Source: an uncultured Verrucomicrobiae bacterium (lineage in GTDB: Bacteria > Verrucomicrobiota > Verrucomicrobiia > Chthoniobacterales > Terrimicrobiaceae). From it: a stretch of DNA of 64,000 nucleotides. Positions 29,538 through 38,470 of this stretch are shown here, one piece after another; position 1 is the stretch's first letter, and each line of letters begins with the position of its first letter. The stretch spans positions 256,001-320,000 of the forward strand of contig CAVPOC010000003.1 of NCBI GenBank assembly GCA_963706955.1, read 5' to 3'. A program made the position numbers and the translations under genes. The notes beneath the pieces are model-generated. The model did no database searches, had not been told where the DNA came from, and was given only the letters and a program-made list of their open reading frames with translations.

Positions 29538-31331
29538 ATGAGCGCAACTGTCGCATCTGCCCCCGCTCGCAAGCAGATGATCTCCGAGCGCCAAAAGCGT
29601 TCGGCTGTTTGGCGACTGATCCACGTTTTCGGATCGCTGCAACTCGCGCTCATCCTGCTGGCTACCATCGCCATCGCCTGCGCAATTGCCACCTTCACTG
29701 AGTCAAATTTCAACACGAAGATCGCTCAAACCTACATTTACAAGGCGCCATGGTTTACCCTTTGGTTGGCTCTTCTATGCGTCAACCTCTTCGCGGTGAC
29801 CCTGACGCGTTGGCCTTGGCAGAAGAGGCACATCGGGTTTGTGGTCACTCATTACGGAATAATTACGCTCCTTCTCGGCGCGATGATCGGAACGCAAACC
29901 GGCTTCGAGGGCAACGTGACACTTCGCAAGAACGCTCCACCGGTAAATCGGATCACCACCAATCGAAGCATTATTCAGCTCGAAAGTCCGGCAGATTCCG
30001 CACTTTATCTCATGGGCTTTGACGCGGAGGCCACCCCTCCAACCGCGCGCCATCCACGAACGTTTCCGGTTCCAAAGACAGATCTCAAGGTGGTCGCGGA
30101 TGACTTCAGTCCAAACCTCGTCCGCGACCGGAGATTTGTTTCCGCAGAGGCAGCCGATGCCGGACCCGCGGTCCGTCTAAGTCTTTCCAGCAAGATGGCA
30201 GGCCAGACCGTCGACGTTCTTTTGTCGCTTTCGCCGGGTCAGGAAGCCGAGTCCGACTTTTTCGGGCTGGCTCGGATTTCTTTTCATCCTGAGTTGGCGC
30301 AACCCCCTTCCTCAAGTGCCCCTGAGACGCGGGTGATTTTTGCCCATTATGCGCCGATTAGCCAGACCGAGAGTCCATCCGACGTCATCGTGCGGCTGAG
30401 CGAAGATGGATCGAAGGTGACGATTCTGTCTAGTGAGGGATCAGGCGCCACCTATTTGCGCCGCGAGATCATGAATCGACCGATCACCGAGGCGGGCGCG
30501 ATCATTTTGGTAGAGAACTACTGGCCGGATTTCGTCATGAACGCGGGGCGTCCTGAAACGAAATCACAATCGCCGAACAACCCGGCAGCCCTGGTCCGCA
30601 TTTCCAAGTTGACCGAGCAAGGAGATGCCAAACCCTCCCTTCAACTTGCGCCGGCCGACGACGGGGTTGCCTATCAACTTCGACGCGGCGAACAAGTAAT
30701 CGGCAGCGGAAAGGCAAAGGTGGGGGAGTCCTTTGCGCTCGGCTGGGCCGACTGGCAAGCCGAGGTGATGCAATCTCTCGCCAAGGCCGAATTGATCACT
30801 GAAACCAAACCGAGGCCACCGCTCGCAAACGGGGAACACGGTTTGCCGGGCTTTCGCGCGCGGCTAGAATCCAGCGACGGCAAGCGGGGGCCTGATCGAT
30901 GGATCGAGTCAGGACAAGTCACTGCGTTGAGCGAAGGCAGCCGAGTCATCCGAATCGGCTACGGGCTTGAGACAAAGCCAATTCCTTTCACACTCCGATT
31001 GATCGACTTCCAAGTACCCCGCGACGAGGGAACCGATACTCCCTCCAACTTTCTGGCAACGATTGAGTTTCGAGATGCCAGCACGGGAGACAGCAAGACC
31101 GGGGTCGCCAGGATGAACCATCCTGCGAGCTTTCCGGGCACCCTCGCAGCGAACCTTACCGGTATTAACTACAAGTTCTCGCAGGCGGAGTGGAATCCGC
31201 GAAACCTGGAAGAAACCACCCTGCAAGTTCTTTACGATCCTGGCTGGCTCTTGAAATGGATTGGATCTCTTGGCATCTGCATCGGTATTGCAATCATGTT
31301 CTACTTGCGGCCTGGAGGCCAACGTGACTAA
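29538..31331 (+). CDS. ResB-like cytochrome c biogenesis (system II) protein
   Basis: GSLQLA..LL, YKAPWF, TH.G, a large periplasmic loop and C-terminal DPG..LKWIG. Confidence 0.75.
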   Translation: MSATVASAPARKQMISERQKRSAVWRLIHVFGSLQLALILLATIAIACAIATFTESNFNTKIAQTYIYKAPWFTLWLALLCVNLFAVTLTRWPWQKRHIGFVVTHYGIITLLLGAMIGTQTGFEGNVTLRKNAPPVNRITTNRSIIQLESPADSALYLMGFDAEATPPTARHPRTFPVPKTDLKVVADDFSPNLVRDRRFVSAEAADAGPAVRLSLSSKMAGQTVDVLLSLSPGQEAESDFFGLARISFHPELAQPPSSSAPETRVIFAHYAPISQTESPSDVIVRLSEDGSKVTILSSEGSGATYLRREIMNRPITEAGAIILVENYWPDFVMNAGRPETKSQSPNNPAALVRISKLTEQGDAKPSLQLAPADDGVAYQLRRGEQVIGSGKAKVGESFALGWADWQAEVMQSLAKAELITETKPRPPLANGEHGLPGFRARLESSDGKRGPDRWIESGQVTALSEGSRVIRIGYGLETKPIPFTLRLIDFQVPRDEGTDTPSNFLATIEFRDASTGDSKTGVARMNHPASFPGTLAANLTGINYKFSQAEWNPRNLEETTLQVLYDPGWLLKWIGSLGICIGIAIMFYLRPGGQRD

Positions 31332-31610
31332 GCCGCTCCGCATCGGTTTGTAGCGGCGCTACAAAGGACGCGTTGTTAGACAGGTATACTACTATCCATT
31401 ACCATCTTGTAGACAGTAGAGCCTTTCGACTGGCAGGTGCTCTCGCAAATGGCTAACTATTTCGGGTTGTGCGGTTCCTCTCGATGATCTCCTCGCTCAG
31501 GATTCCCCAATTCATGTCAGGCATTTTGACCGCCCGGCGTGGCTCCGCCTTCAAGAAGGTTCAACCGTGCCCTTGGCGAGGCTCCCCGAAGCTGGACGTC
31601 CTTCAGTCTC

Positions 31611-32612
31611 ATGAAAAAACTCATTAACAATCCCGAAAACGTCGTCACAGAAGCGCTCAAAGGAATGGAGTTGGCCTATCCGGACCTGATCAAGGTGCAA
31701 TACAACCCGAATTTCGTGATGCGCGCCGACGCGCCAGTGAGAGACAAAGTCGCGTTGATATCAGGGGGTGGAAGCGGGCATGAACCGATGCACGGAGGGT
31801 TTGTCGGCAAAGGCATGCTCGACGCCGCGTGTCCTGGTGCCGTCTTCACAAGCCCGACTCCTGATCAGATGCACGCCGCCACGAAGGCGGTCGCAGGCCA
31901 GAAGGGCGCTCTGCATATCGTGAAAAATTACACCGGTGATGTCATGAATTTCGAGCTCGCCGCCGAGATGCTGCGAGCCGAAGACATTCCGGTCGAAAGC
32001 GTCGTCATCGACGATGATGTGGCCGTCCAGGACAGCACGTGGACGGCAGGCCGCCGCGGCGTCGGAGCCACGGTGCTTGCAGAAAAGCTTTGCGGCGCGG
32101 CGGCTGAAGACAGCCGTCCGCTCGACTCGCTCCGCGATCTCTGCAAACGGATAAACTCTCAGGCCCGCAGCATGGGAATGGCCCTGACATCCTGCACAGT
32201 CCCCCATGTAGGGAAGCCGACGTTCGATCTACCAGAAGACGAGATGGAGCTCGGGGTGGGAATTCACGGTGAACCGGGACGAAAGCGCACCAAGTCAGCC
32301 GGGGCTGATGAGATCGTCGAACTGCTCATGGAACCGATCATCAGCGACATGCCCTTCAAGTCCGGCGATGAAGTGCTGCTCTTTGTCAACGGTCTCGGCG
32401 GCACGCCTTTGATCGAGCTCTTTATCATTTATCGCAAGGCCGCTGAGATTGCCCAACGCGCGGGATTGAAAATCACACGGAATTTGGTCGGCTCCTACAT
32501 CACAAGTCTCGAGATGGCGGGAACATCGATAACCTTGCTGAAATTAGACGACGAATTGACCCACCTTTGGGATCTTCCCGTCCTGACACCAGCGCTCCGG
32601 AAGGGGATCTGA
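31611..32612 (+). CDS. dhaK: Dihydroxyacetone kinase subunit K
   Basis: [16 protein letters not shown] and GIHGEPG. Confidence 0.96.
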   Translation: MKKLINNPENVVTEALKGMELAYPDLIKVQYNPNFVMRADAPVRDKVALISGGGSGHEPMHGGFVGKGMLDAACPGAVFTSPTPDQMHAATKAVAGQKGALHIVKNYTGDVMNFELAAEMLRAEDIPVESVVIDDDVAVQDSTWTAGRRGVGATVLAEKLCGAAAEDSRPLDSLRDLCKRINSQARSMGMALTSCTVPHVGKPTFDLPEDEMELGVGIHGEPGRKRTKSAGADEIVELLMEPIISDMPFKSGDEVLLFVNGLGGTPLIELFIIYRKAAEIAQRAGLKITRNLVGSYITSLEMAGTSITLLKLDDELTHLWDLPVLTPALRKGI

Positions 32613-33247
32613 TGAGTTCGATCTCCGCGGCAATCATTGAGGCATGGCTGCGACATTGCGCCGAACTCTTTGTCCAGCACAAGGATGAGCTCACCGACTT
32701 GGATGCCAAGATCGGCGACGCTGATCACGGCGCGAATATGGCTCGCGGATTCGCGGCCATACCGCCCAGATTGGACGAGCTCGTCGACAAGTCGATCGGA
32801 TCGCTCTTTAGAACCTGCGCCATGACGCTCATTTCTCAGGTCGGCGGGGCAAGCGGACCGCTATACGGCACGTTTTTCCTGCAGGCCTCTCGTCCCGCCA
32901 ACGGCAAAACTACGCTCAGCCATGAGGAGCTCTGCGAATGTTTCGATACTGGACTCACCGGCGTGGTGAAGCTCGGCAAGGCCGTTTTGGGCGACAAGAC
33001 GATGATCGATGCGCTTACTCCGGCTCTCGTGGCCCTTCATCCCAGGAATGGGGACTCGCTCGAGGATGCCATCTCGCGAGCGGCAACCGCGGCGCGCGAA
33101 GCTGCGGAGGCGACGATCCCGTTGATCGCCAGAAAGGGCCGAGCGAGCTATCTGGGAGAGCGTAGCGTCGGGCATAAAGATCCGGGCGCCGCCTCCTCCG
33201 CCCTCCTGATCGCGGCGCTGGCCGAGGCGCTTAAAGCGACTGCCTAG
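32612..33247 (+). CDS. dhaL: Dihydroxyacetone kinase subunit L
   Basis: GDADHG, GGASGPLYG, GDKTMID and GRASYLGERS; TGATG coupling to dhaK. Confidence 0.96.
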   Translation: MSSISAAIIEAWLRHCAELFVQHKDELTDLDAKIGDADHGANMARGFAAIPPRLDELVDKSIGSLFRTCAMTLISQVGGASGPLYGTFFLQASRPANGKTTLSHEELCECFDTGLTGVVKLGKAVLGDKTMIDALTPALVALHPRNGDSLEDAISRAATAAREAAEATIPLIARKGRASYLGERSVGHKDPGAASSALLIAALAEALKATA

Positions 33248-33271
33248 GCGGTTATATACTCGGGGCGAAAC

Positions 33272-35782
33272 ATGGTTGGTCTTGTCCTTGTCTCTCACAG
33301 CCGAGCCCTGGCGACGGCCGTTCAGCAACTCGTGACTTCCATGAGCGGCTCGAATCTGCCGATTGCAATCGCCGCAGGAACCGGTCCGGAGCGTGCTGAG
33401 TTGGGCACGGACGCCACTGAGATCTTGAACGGCATCAACTCAGTAATGAGCGAAGAAGGCGTGCTCGTGTTGCTCGATATTGGAAGCGCCATCCTAAGTG
33501 CTGAAACCGCCCTCGAATTTCTCGATGAGCCGCAGCGGCAAAAGGTGCGCCTGTGCGGAGCGCCTCTTGTTGAAGGTGCTGTCGCTGGAGGCGTCCTGGC
33601 TGCTCTTGGAGCCAGCTTGGACGAGGTAAGCAGAGAAGCTCAGAAAGCCCTTCGCCGAAAGACCGAACACCTCGACGGCTCGGCCGAGGATCACGACGAC
33701 TCGCCGACGGAGGAGACAATCTCCGATGACAACCCGCTTCTCACAGCGACCGTGGTCGTGCGAAATCCTCATGGGCTGCACGCTCGCCCTGCCGCCGACC
33801 TTATTCGCCTGGCAGCCAGATTTGACTGCGAAATCCTGGTGCGCAATCTGACAAACGGCAAGGGACCTGCCTCGGCCAAGAGTATGAGCGCACTCGCCGC
33901 CATCGAGGTTCTTCAAGGTCATGAGATCGAGCTCGCCGCCCGAGGGCCAGACGCTCAGAGCGCCCTGGCCGGGCTCAAGAGCCGAATCGAGGCGGGCTTG
34001 GGAGAGGCGCTCGAATTTCCGAATCCTCGAGAAGCGGGAGTTGAGGTCCCTGTTGAACATCCCGCGACCGCCGGTCCGGTGCCCGTTTCGCCTGGCATCG
34101 CCATTGGAGCACTTTTCCTTTGGAAACTCGTGCACTCCGAGATCCCCGTTCACAAGGTTAGTGATACAAGAAGGGAGAGGGAAAAGCTCAGGCGGGCCAT
34201 CGAGGCTGCTAAAGTCGAACTGGCCCGAGACGAAACGACGCTCAGACAGTCTCTCGGAGAAGAAGAGGCGGAAATCTTCCGGGCGCAGGCGCTTATTCTC
34301 GAAGATCCAGAACTGCTGGAAGCCTCCGAGAAGGCGATCGGGGATGCGCATCAGAACGCTGCCCTCGCCTGGCAGCGCTCCTACCAGGCGGCGGCTGCTG
34401 CCTACCAAGGCTTGAGTGACGAATATCTGCGGCAACGCGCCGCGGACGTCCAGGACATTGGCCATCGCGTTCTCGAGGCGCTCGGAATTCAACGCCGCCA
34501 GGCTCCTCATCTCCCCCAACCAGGAATTCTGGTCGCGGAGGATCTGACACCCGCGCAGGTGGCCGGCCTGTCGCGGGACTCAGTGGTCGGAGTTATTTGC
34601 CTGCAAGGCGGCAGGACATCGCACGCGGCCATTCTCTTACGCGCCCGCGGCATTCCAGCAATCGCCAAGGCCAAGCCAATGTTCGATCGCGAGAGCGTCA
34701 GAACGGTAAACGGAACCACTACTGCCGCTTTCGATGGCGAGAGCGGAAAACTCTGGTTCAACCCGTCAGCCGAAGAATTGCAAGAGCTGCAGAGACGCAA
34801 GGACGCGCGTGAACAAGAGACCGCGAGAGTCGCCCACCTCAGCCATGAGCCAGCGACCACCACCGACGGCCACACCGTGAAGATATTCGCCAATCTCGGC
34901 CACGCTGCGGAGGCGCCAGATGCCTTGAGCAACGGCGCTGAGGGAGTCGGACTCTTCCGCACAGAGTTTCTTTTCCTCAATCGAAACGATATCCCGGGCG
35001 AAGAGGAGCAGTTCGCGGTCTTGCTCGCCCTTAAGGAGGCAATGGATCAAAGACCGGTGGTGATCAGAACCCTCGATATCGGCGGGGACAAGCCGGTGCC
35101 CGCGCTGAGTCTGCCAAGCGAAGCCAATCCTTTTCTTGGAGTTCGCGCCATACGGCTCTGCCTTGAGCGCCGCGAGCTCCTCCACACGCATTTACGCGCC
35201 ATCCTGCGCGCGGCTCATGGTGGCAATTTTCGCATCATGTTTCCGATGATTACCGATCCACACGAACTTCGGGAGGCAAGGGCGGAACTGGAAAGGGTTC
35301 ACGCCGCCCTCGAGAGGGAAAAGAAAACTCACGCCTGGCCAATCCCGCTGGGAATAATGATCGAGGTACCCTCCGCGGCAATCCTCATTGAGCAACTCGC
35401 GCGCAACGTGGACTTTTTTAGCATAGGAACCAACGACCTTACCCAATACATACTCGCAGCTGATCGTGGTAATCCCGGTCTGGCGCAGTTCCACGACGCG
35501 CTTCATCCCGCCGTCTTGCGCTTAGTCTCGACAATCACTAGCAGCGCGCATGAGCAGGGCAGGCCCGTAGGTGTTTGCGGCGAGGCGGCGTCCGATCCAT
35601 TAGCGGCGAGTCTATTCATCGGCCTTGGGGTTGACGAACTGAGCCTCGCTCCGCCGCTCATTCCAAAGATCAAGGAGAGCATCCGTAGAATCGCCCGAAG
35701 AGACATGGAGGCGCTCGCCGCGGAGGCACAGGAACTTGCCTCCGCCGCGGATGTGCGCGCCCTGATCAGTCGACAATTGTAA
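33272..35782 (+). CDS. dhaM: DhaM-HPr-Enzyme I multiphosphoryl transfer fusion
   Basis: LVSHS (DhaM), GLHARPA (HPr), and TSHAAI, GLFRTEF, SIGTNDL and VCGE (EI). Confidence 0.92.
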   Translation: MVGLVLVSHSRALATAVQQLVTSMSGSNLPIAIAAGTGPERAELGTDATEILNGINSVMSEEGVLVLLDIGSAILSAETALEFLDEPQRQKVRLCGAPLVEGAVAGGVLAALGASLDEVSREAQKALRRKTEHLDGSAEDHDDSPTEETISDDNPLLTATVVVRNPHGLHARPAADLIRLAARFDCEILVRNLTNGKGPASAKSMSALAAIEVLQGHEIELAARGPDAQSALAGLKSRIEAGLGEALEFPNPREAGVEVPVEHPATAGPVPVSPGIAIGALFLWKLVHSEIPVHKVSDTRREREKLRRAIEAAKVELARDETTLRQSLGEEEAEIFRAQALILEDPELLEASEKAIGDAHQNAALAWQRSYQAAAAAYQGLSDEYLRQRAADVQDIGHRVLEALGIQRRQAPHLPQPGILVAEDLTPAQVAGLSRDSVVGVICLQGGRTSHAAILLRARGIPAIAKAKPMFDRESVRTVNGTTTAAFDGESGKLWFNPSAEELQELQRRKDAREQETARVAHLSHEPATTTDGHTVKIFANLGHAAEAPDALSNGAEGVGLFRTEFLFLNRNDIPGEEEQFAVLLALKEAMDQRPVVIRTLDIGGDKPVPALSLPSEANPFLGVRAIRLCLERRELLHTHLRAILRAAHGGNFRIMFPMITDPHELREARAELERVHAALEREKKTHAWPIPLGIMIEVPSAAILIEQLARNVDFFSIGTNDLTQYILAADRGNPGLAQFHDALHPAVLRLVSTITSSAHEQGRPVGVCGEAASDPLAASLFIGLGVDELSLAPPLIPKIKESIRRIARRDMEALAAEAQELASAADVRALISRQL

Positions 35783-35928
35783 TGGTCAGTCCGACCTCGG
35801 CCAGGCAAGCCGGCCGAAGCGCCATGCAGCCCTCCTGAAGGTCGCTTTCGCACTTGCGAAAGGCACATCCTGGTGTCCAATGCGGTTGGAGCCGAGACTT
35901 CGCTTTCCAAGAACGAGCTATTCCTAAG

Positions 35929-36534
35929 ATGAAATCCTATGTCCTGATCGCCGCAGCGCTGATTGCGGTCTTAAACGCTCTGCTGCTGCTCCCGGTAATG
36001 GGGGTCTACACGATCCCGATCGCCGCCTTGGCGCTGCTACTGGCGATTGCAATTCTCGCACTTTCCTTGTTCGAGCGCCGCGAGACTCCTGCACCCCTGC
36101 CGCCACCGGTTGCCGCCAAGCCTCCGCCTCCGCCTCCTGAACGTCACCCCGAGGCCGAAGTCGTTGCCTTCCTTGGCTTGCTTCAGGAAAAGGGCCGCCT
36201 CGTCGATTTCCTGATGGATGATGTCTCCATCTACGACGACTCACGTGTGGGAGCGGCGGCTCGCGTTGTGCACTTCGGCTGCCGCGATGTCCTGCAAGAG
36301 CATTTCAAGATCACGCCAATTTCCGATGCAGAGGAAGGATCACAGGTGATGATCCCGGAAAACTATTCCATCGACGAATACCGGCTCATGGGAAAGATCA
36401 CTGGAAACCCGCCCTTCAGGGGAATCCTGCTCCACAAGGGTTGGAAAACGGAGTCCGTCAAACTCCCTCGCCTCATCAAGACGGAGGAAAAGCGTCTTCC
36501 GAGCATTACTCCCGCCCTGATCGAGGTCAAGTAG
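35929..36534 (+). CDS. DUF2760 domain membrane protein
   Basis: LLQEKGRLVDFLM, VGAAAR.VH.GC and G.L.HKGW. Confidence 0.8.
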   Translation: MKSYVLIAAALIAVLNALLLLPVMGVYTIPIAALALLLAIAILALSLFERRETPAPLPPPVAAKPPPPPPERHPEAEVVAFLGLLQEKGRLVDFLMDDVSIYDDSRVGAAARVVHFGCRDVLQEHFKITPISDAEEGSQVMIPENYSIDEYRLMGKITGNPPFRGILLHKGWKTESVKLPRLIKTEEKRLPSITPALIEVK

Positions 36535-36555
36535 GGCAAGGTCGGCTCTCTGGAG

Positions 36556-38394
36556 ATGAATGCACGATTTAGCCTGGGAATAGATCTGGGCACCAGCAAC
36601 AGCGCCGTCGCGGCAGATAATTTCGAGGAAGACGAAGCCAGCATCGTTGAAATCACCCAGGTTCTGCGACCGAATCAAGTCGGAGAAAGCTCGTCCCTGC
36701 CCTCTGCGCTCTACCTTCCTCATCCCGATGAGTTTCCCGCAGATGCGTTGAAGGTGCCCTGGGTAAAGGACTCGCGAACAGCCATCATCGGGCACTTTGC
36801 GCGCGAGCATGGCGCGCTTGTGCCGGATCGCCTGGTGACCTCCGCGAAATCCTGGCTCTCAAATTTTCACGTTGATCCGCGGCGTCCGGTGCTGCCGTGG
36901 AAGTCAGAGATTAACGAGCCGAAGCTCTCGGCCTTCGATTGTTCGAGACTATACCTCGAGCATTTGAAGGAGGGCTTTCTCTATGCCGAGCGACTCCAGG
37001 GTCGAAACTGGGACTTATCCGAAGGCCAGATCGTCCTCACGGTGCCGGCGTCCTTCGATGAAGTGGCCAGAAATCTGACGGCGGAAGCGGCCGAAGCGGC
37101 TGGTTTGGGAAGAGTCATCTTGCTCGAGGAGCCCCAAGCGGCCTTCTACGCCTGGACTGCACGTGCCGGCGGCTCTTGGCGCGACCAGGTGAACTCCGGC
37201 GACATCATTCTGGTCTGCGACGTCGGCGGAGGCACGGCGGACTTTAGCCTCATCGCCATCAGCGGTAAGGATGGGAATCTCGAACTCGAGCGAATCAGTG
37301 TTGGCGAGCACATTCTCCTCGGTGGCGATAACATGGATCTCGCCCTTGCCTACACCCTGCAGGCACAACTCGAAAGCACAGGCAAATCGCTCGATGCATG
37401 GCAGTTTCTGGCGCTGACCCACGCCGCCAGTCGCGCCAAGGTCGATCTGTTCAATGACGAGTCGGTTGTGCAAGCGCCGATCTCGGTCCCTTCCCGCGGT
37501 TCAAGCCTCTTTGCCAAGACGATCTCGACGACTCTCGACCGTCGGACGCTGGAACAAGTCGTTTTGGACGGTTTTTTCCCCATCACCAAGGTCACCGACC
37601 TGCCGGCCGAACGGCGCAGCGCGGGCTTGCAAGAATTTGGCCTGCCTTACGCCTCCGATCCGATCGTCAGCAAGCATCTGGCAAGATTTCTTACGCGCAG
37701 TCTGGTCAATGTTAAGGCAAGCGATTCACTGAAGGCCCTCGTTGGGTCGAGTGCAGAGGCTTCCGACTACCTTCGGCCGACGGCGGTTCTCTTCAACGGC
37801 GGGGTGTTCAACGCTGCTCCGATCCGCAAACGAGTTTTGGAACTGCTGGCCTCGTGGAATGGGGGCCCGCCTGTTCGAGAACTCGAGGGATTTCAGCCGG
37901 ATCTGGCCGTGGCAAAAGGCGCCGCGCTCTATGGACGACACCGCGCCACCGGCAAGGGAATTCGTATCAAAGCGGGCAGCGCGCGCTCCTATTACGTCGG
38001 GCTCGAATCCTCGATGCCAGCCATCCCGGGTTTTAAACCTCCTATCAAAGCGCTGTGTGTCGTTCCTCAGGGAATGGAGGAAGGCAGCGAGTTGCTTATT
38101 GAGGAAAAGGAATTTGGTTTGATGACCGGACAGCCGGCGGAGTTTCGCTTCTTTGCCTCCGAGGTGCGTAGCGGTGACACCCCTGGTCAAATTATCCCGA
38201 ATGCCGAGAGCGAGCTCGAGGAAACCAGCCGCCTCGAGTTAACCCTGCCCGCCATAGAAGGCCTGCCGGAAGGTCAACCAATTCCGGTCCAAATGAATCC
38301 CGTCGTCACTGAGCTGGGAAATCTCGAACTCTGGATGAAGCACACCGGCTCCGATCGGCGCTGGAAAGTCGAATTTCAGGTGCGGATGGAATAG
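36556..38394 (+). CDS. Hsp70/DnaK-related protein
   Basis: GIDLGTSN, TVPASF, EEPQAA, DVGGGT and LGGDNMD. Confidence 0.88.
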   Translation: MNARFSLGIDLGTSNSAVAADNFEEDEASIVEITQVLRPNQVGESSSLPSALYLPHPDEFPADALKVPWVKDSRTAIIGHFAREHGALVPDRLVTSAKSWLSNFHVDPRRPVLPWKSEINEPKLSAFDCSRLYLEHLKEGFLYAERLQGRNWDLSEGQIVLTVPASFDEVARNLTAEAAEAAGLGRVILLEEPQAAFYAWTARAGGSWRDQVNSGDIILVCDVGGGTADFSLIAISGKDGNLELERISVGEHILLGGDNMDLALAYTLQAQLESTGKSLDAWQFLALTHAASRAKVDLFNDESVVQAPISVPSRGSSLFAKTISTTLDRRTLEQVVLDGFFPITKVTDLPAERRSAGLQEFGLPYASDPIVSKHLARFLTRSLVNVKASDSLKALVGSSAEASDYLRPTAVLFNGGVFNAAPIRKRVLELLASWNGGPPVRELEGFQPDLAVAKGAALYGRHRATGKGIRIKAGSARSYYVGLESSMPAIPGFKPPIKALCVVPQGMEEGSELLIEEKEFGLMTGQPAEFRFFASEVRSGDTPGQIIPNAESELEETSRLELTLPAIEGLPEGQPIPVQMNPVVTELGNLELWMKHTGSDRRWKVEFQVRME

Positions 38395-38400
38395 GTCGGC

Positions 38401-38462
38401 AGAGGTTGATGGTTGATTGATTGAGCTGACCCTCTCTCAACTCTCAACTTTCACCTCTCAAC
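38401..38462. repeat. Inverted heptamer repeat tract (GTTGAtg / CTCTCAA)
   Basis: GTTGATG-GTTGATT-GATTGAG followed by CTCTCAA-CTCTCAA-CTTTCAC-CTCTCAA. Confidence 0.7.
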
Positions 38463-38470
38463 GTCATCGA

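Noticed and set aside
31430..31450. Sigma54 promoter upstream of dhaK
   Set aside because: GG-to-GC spacing is 11 rather than 10.
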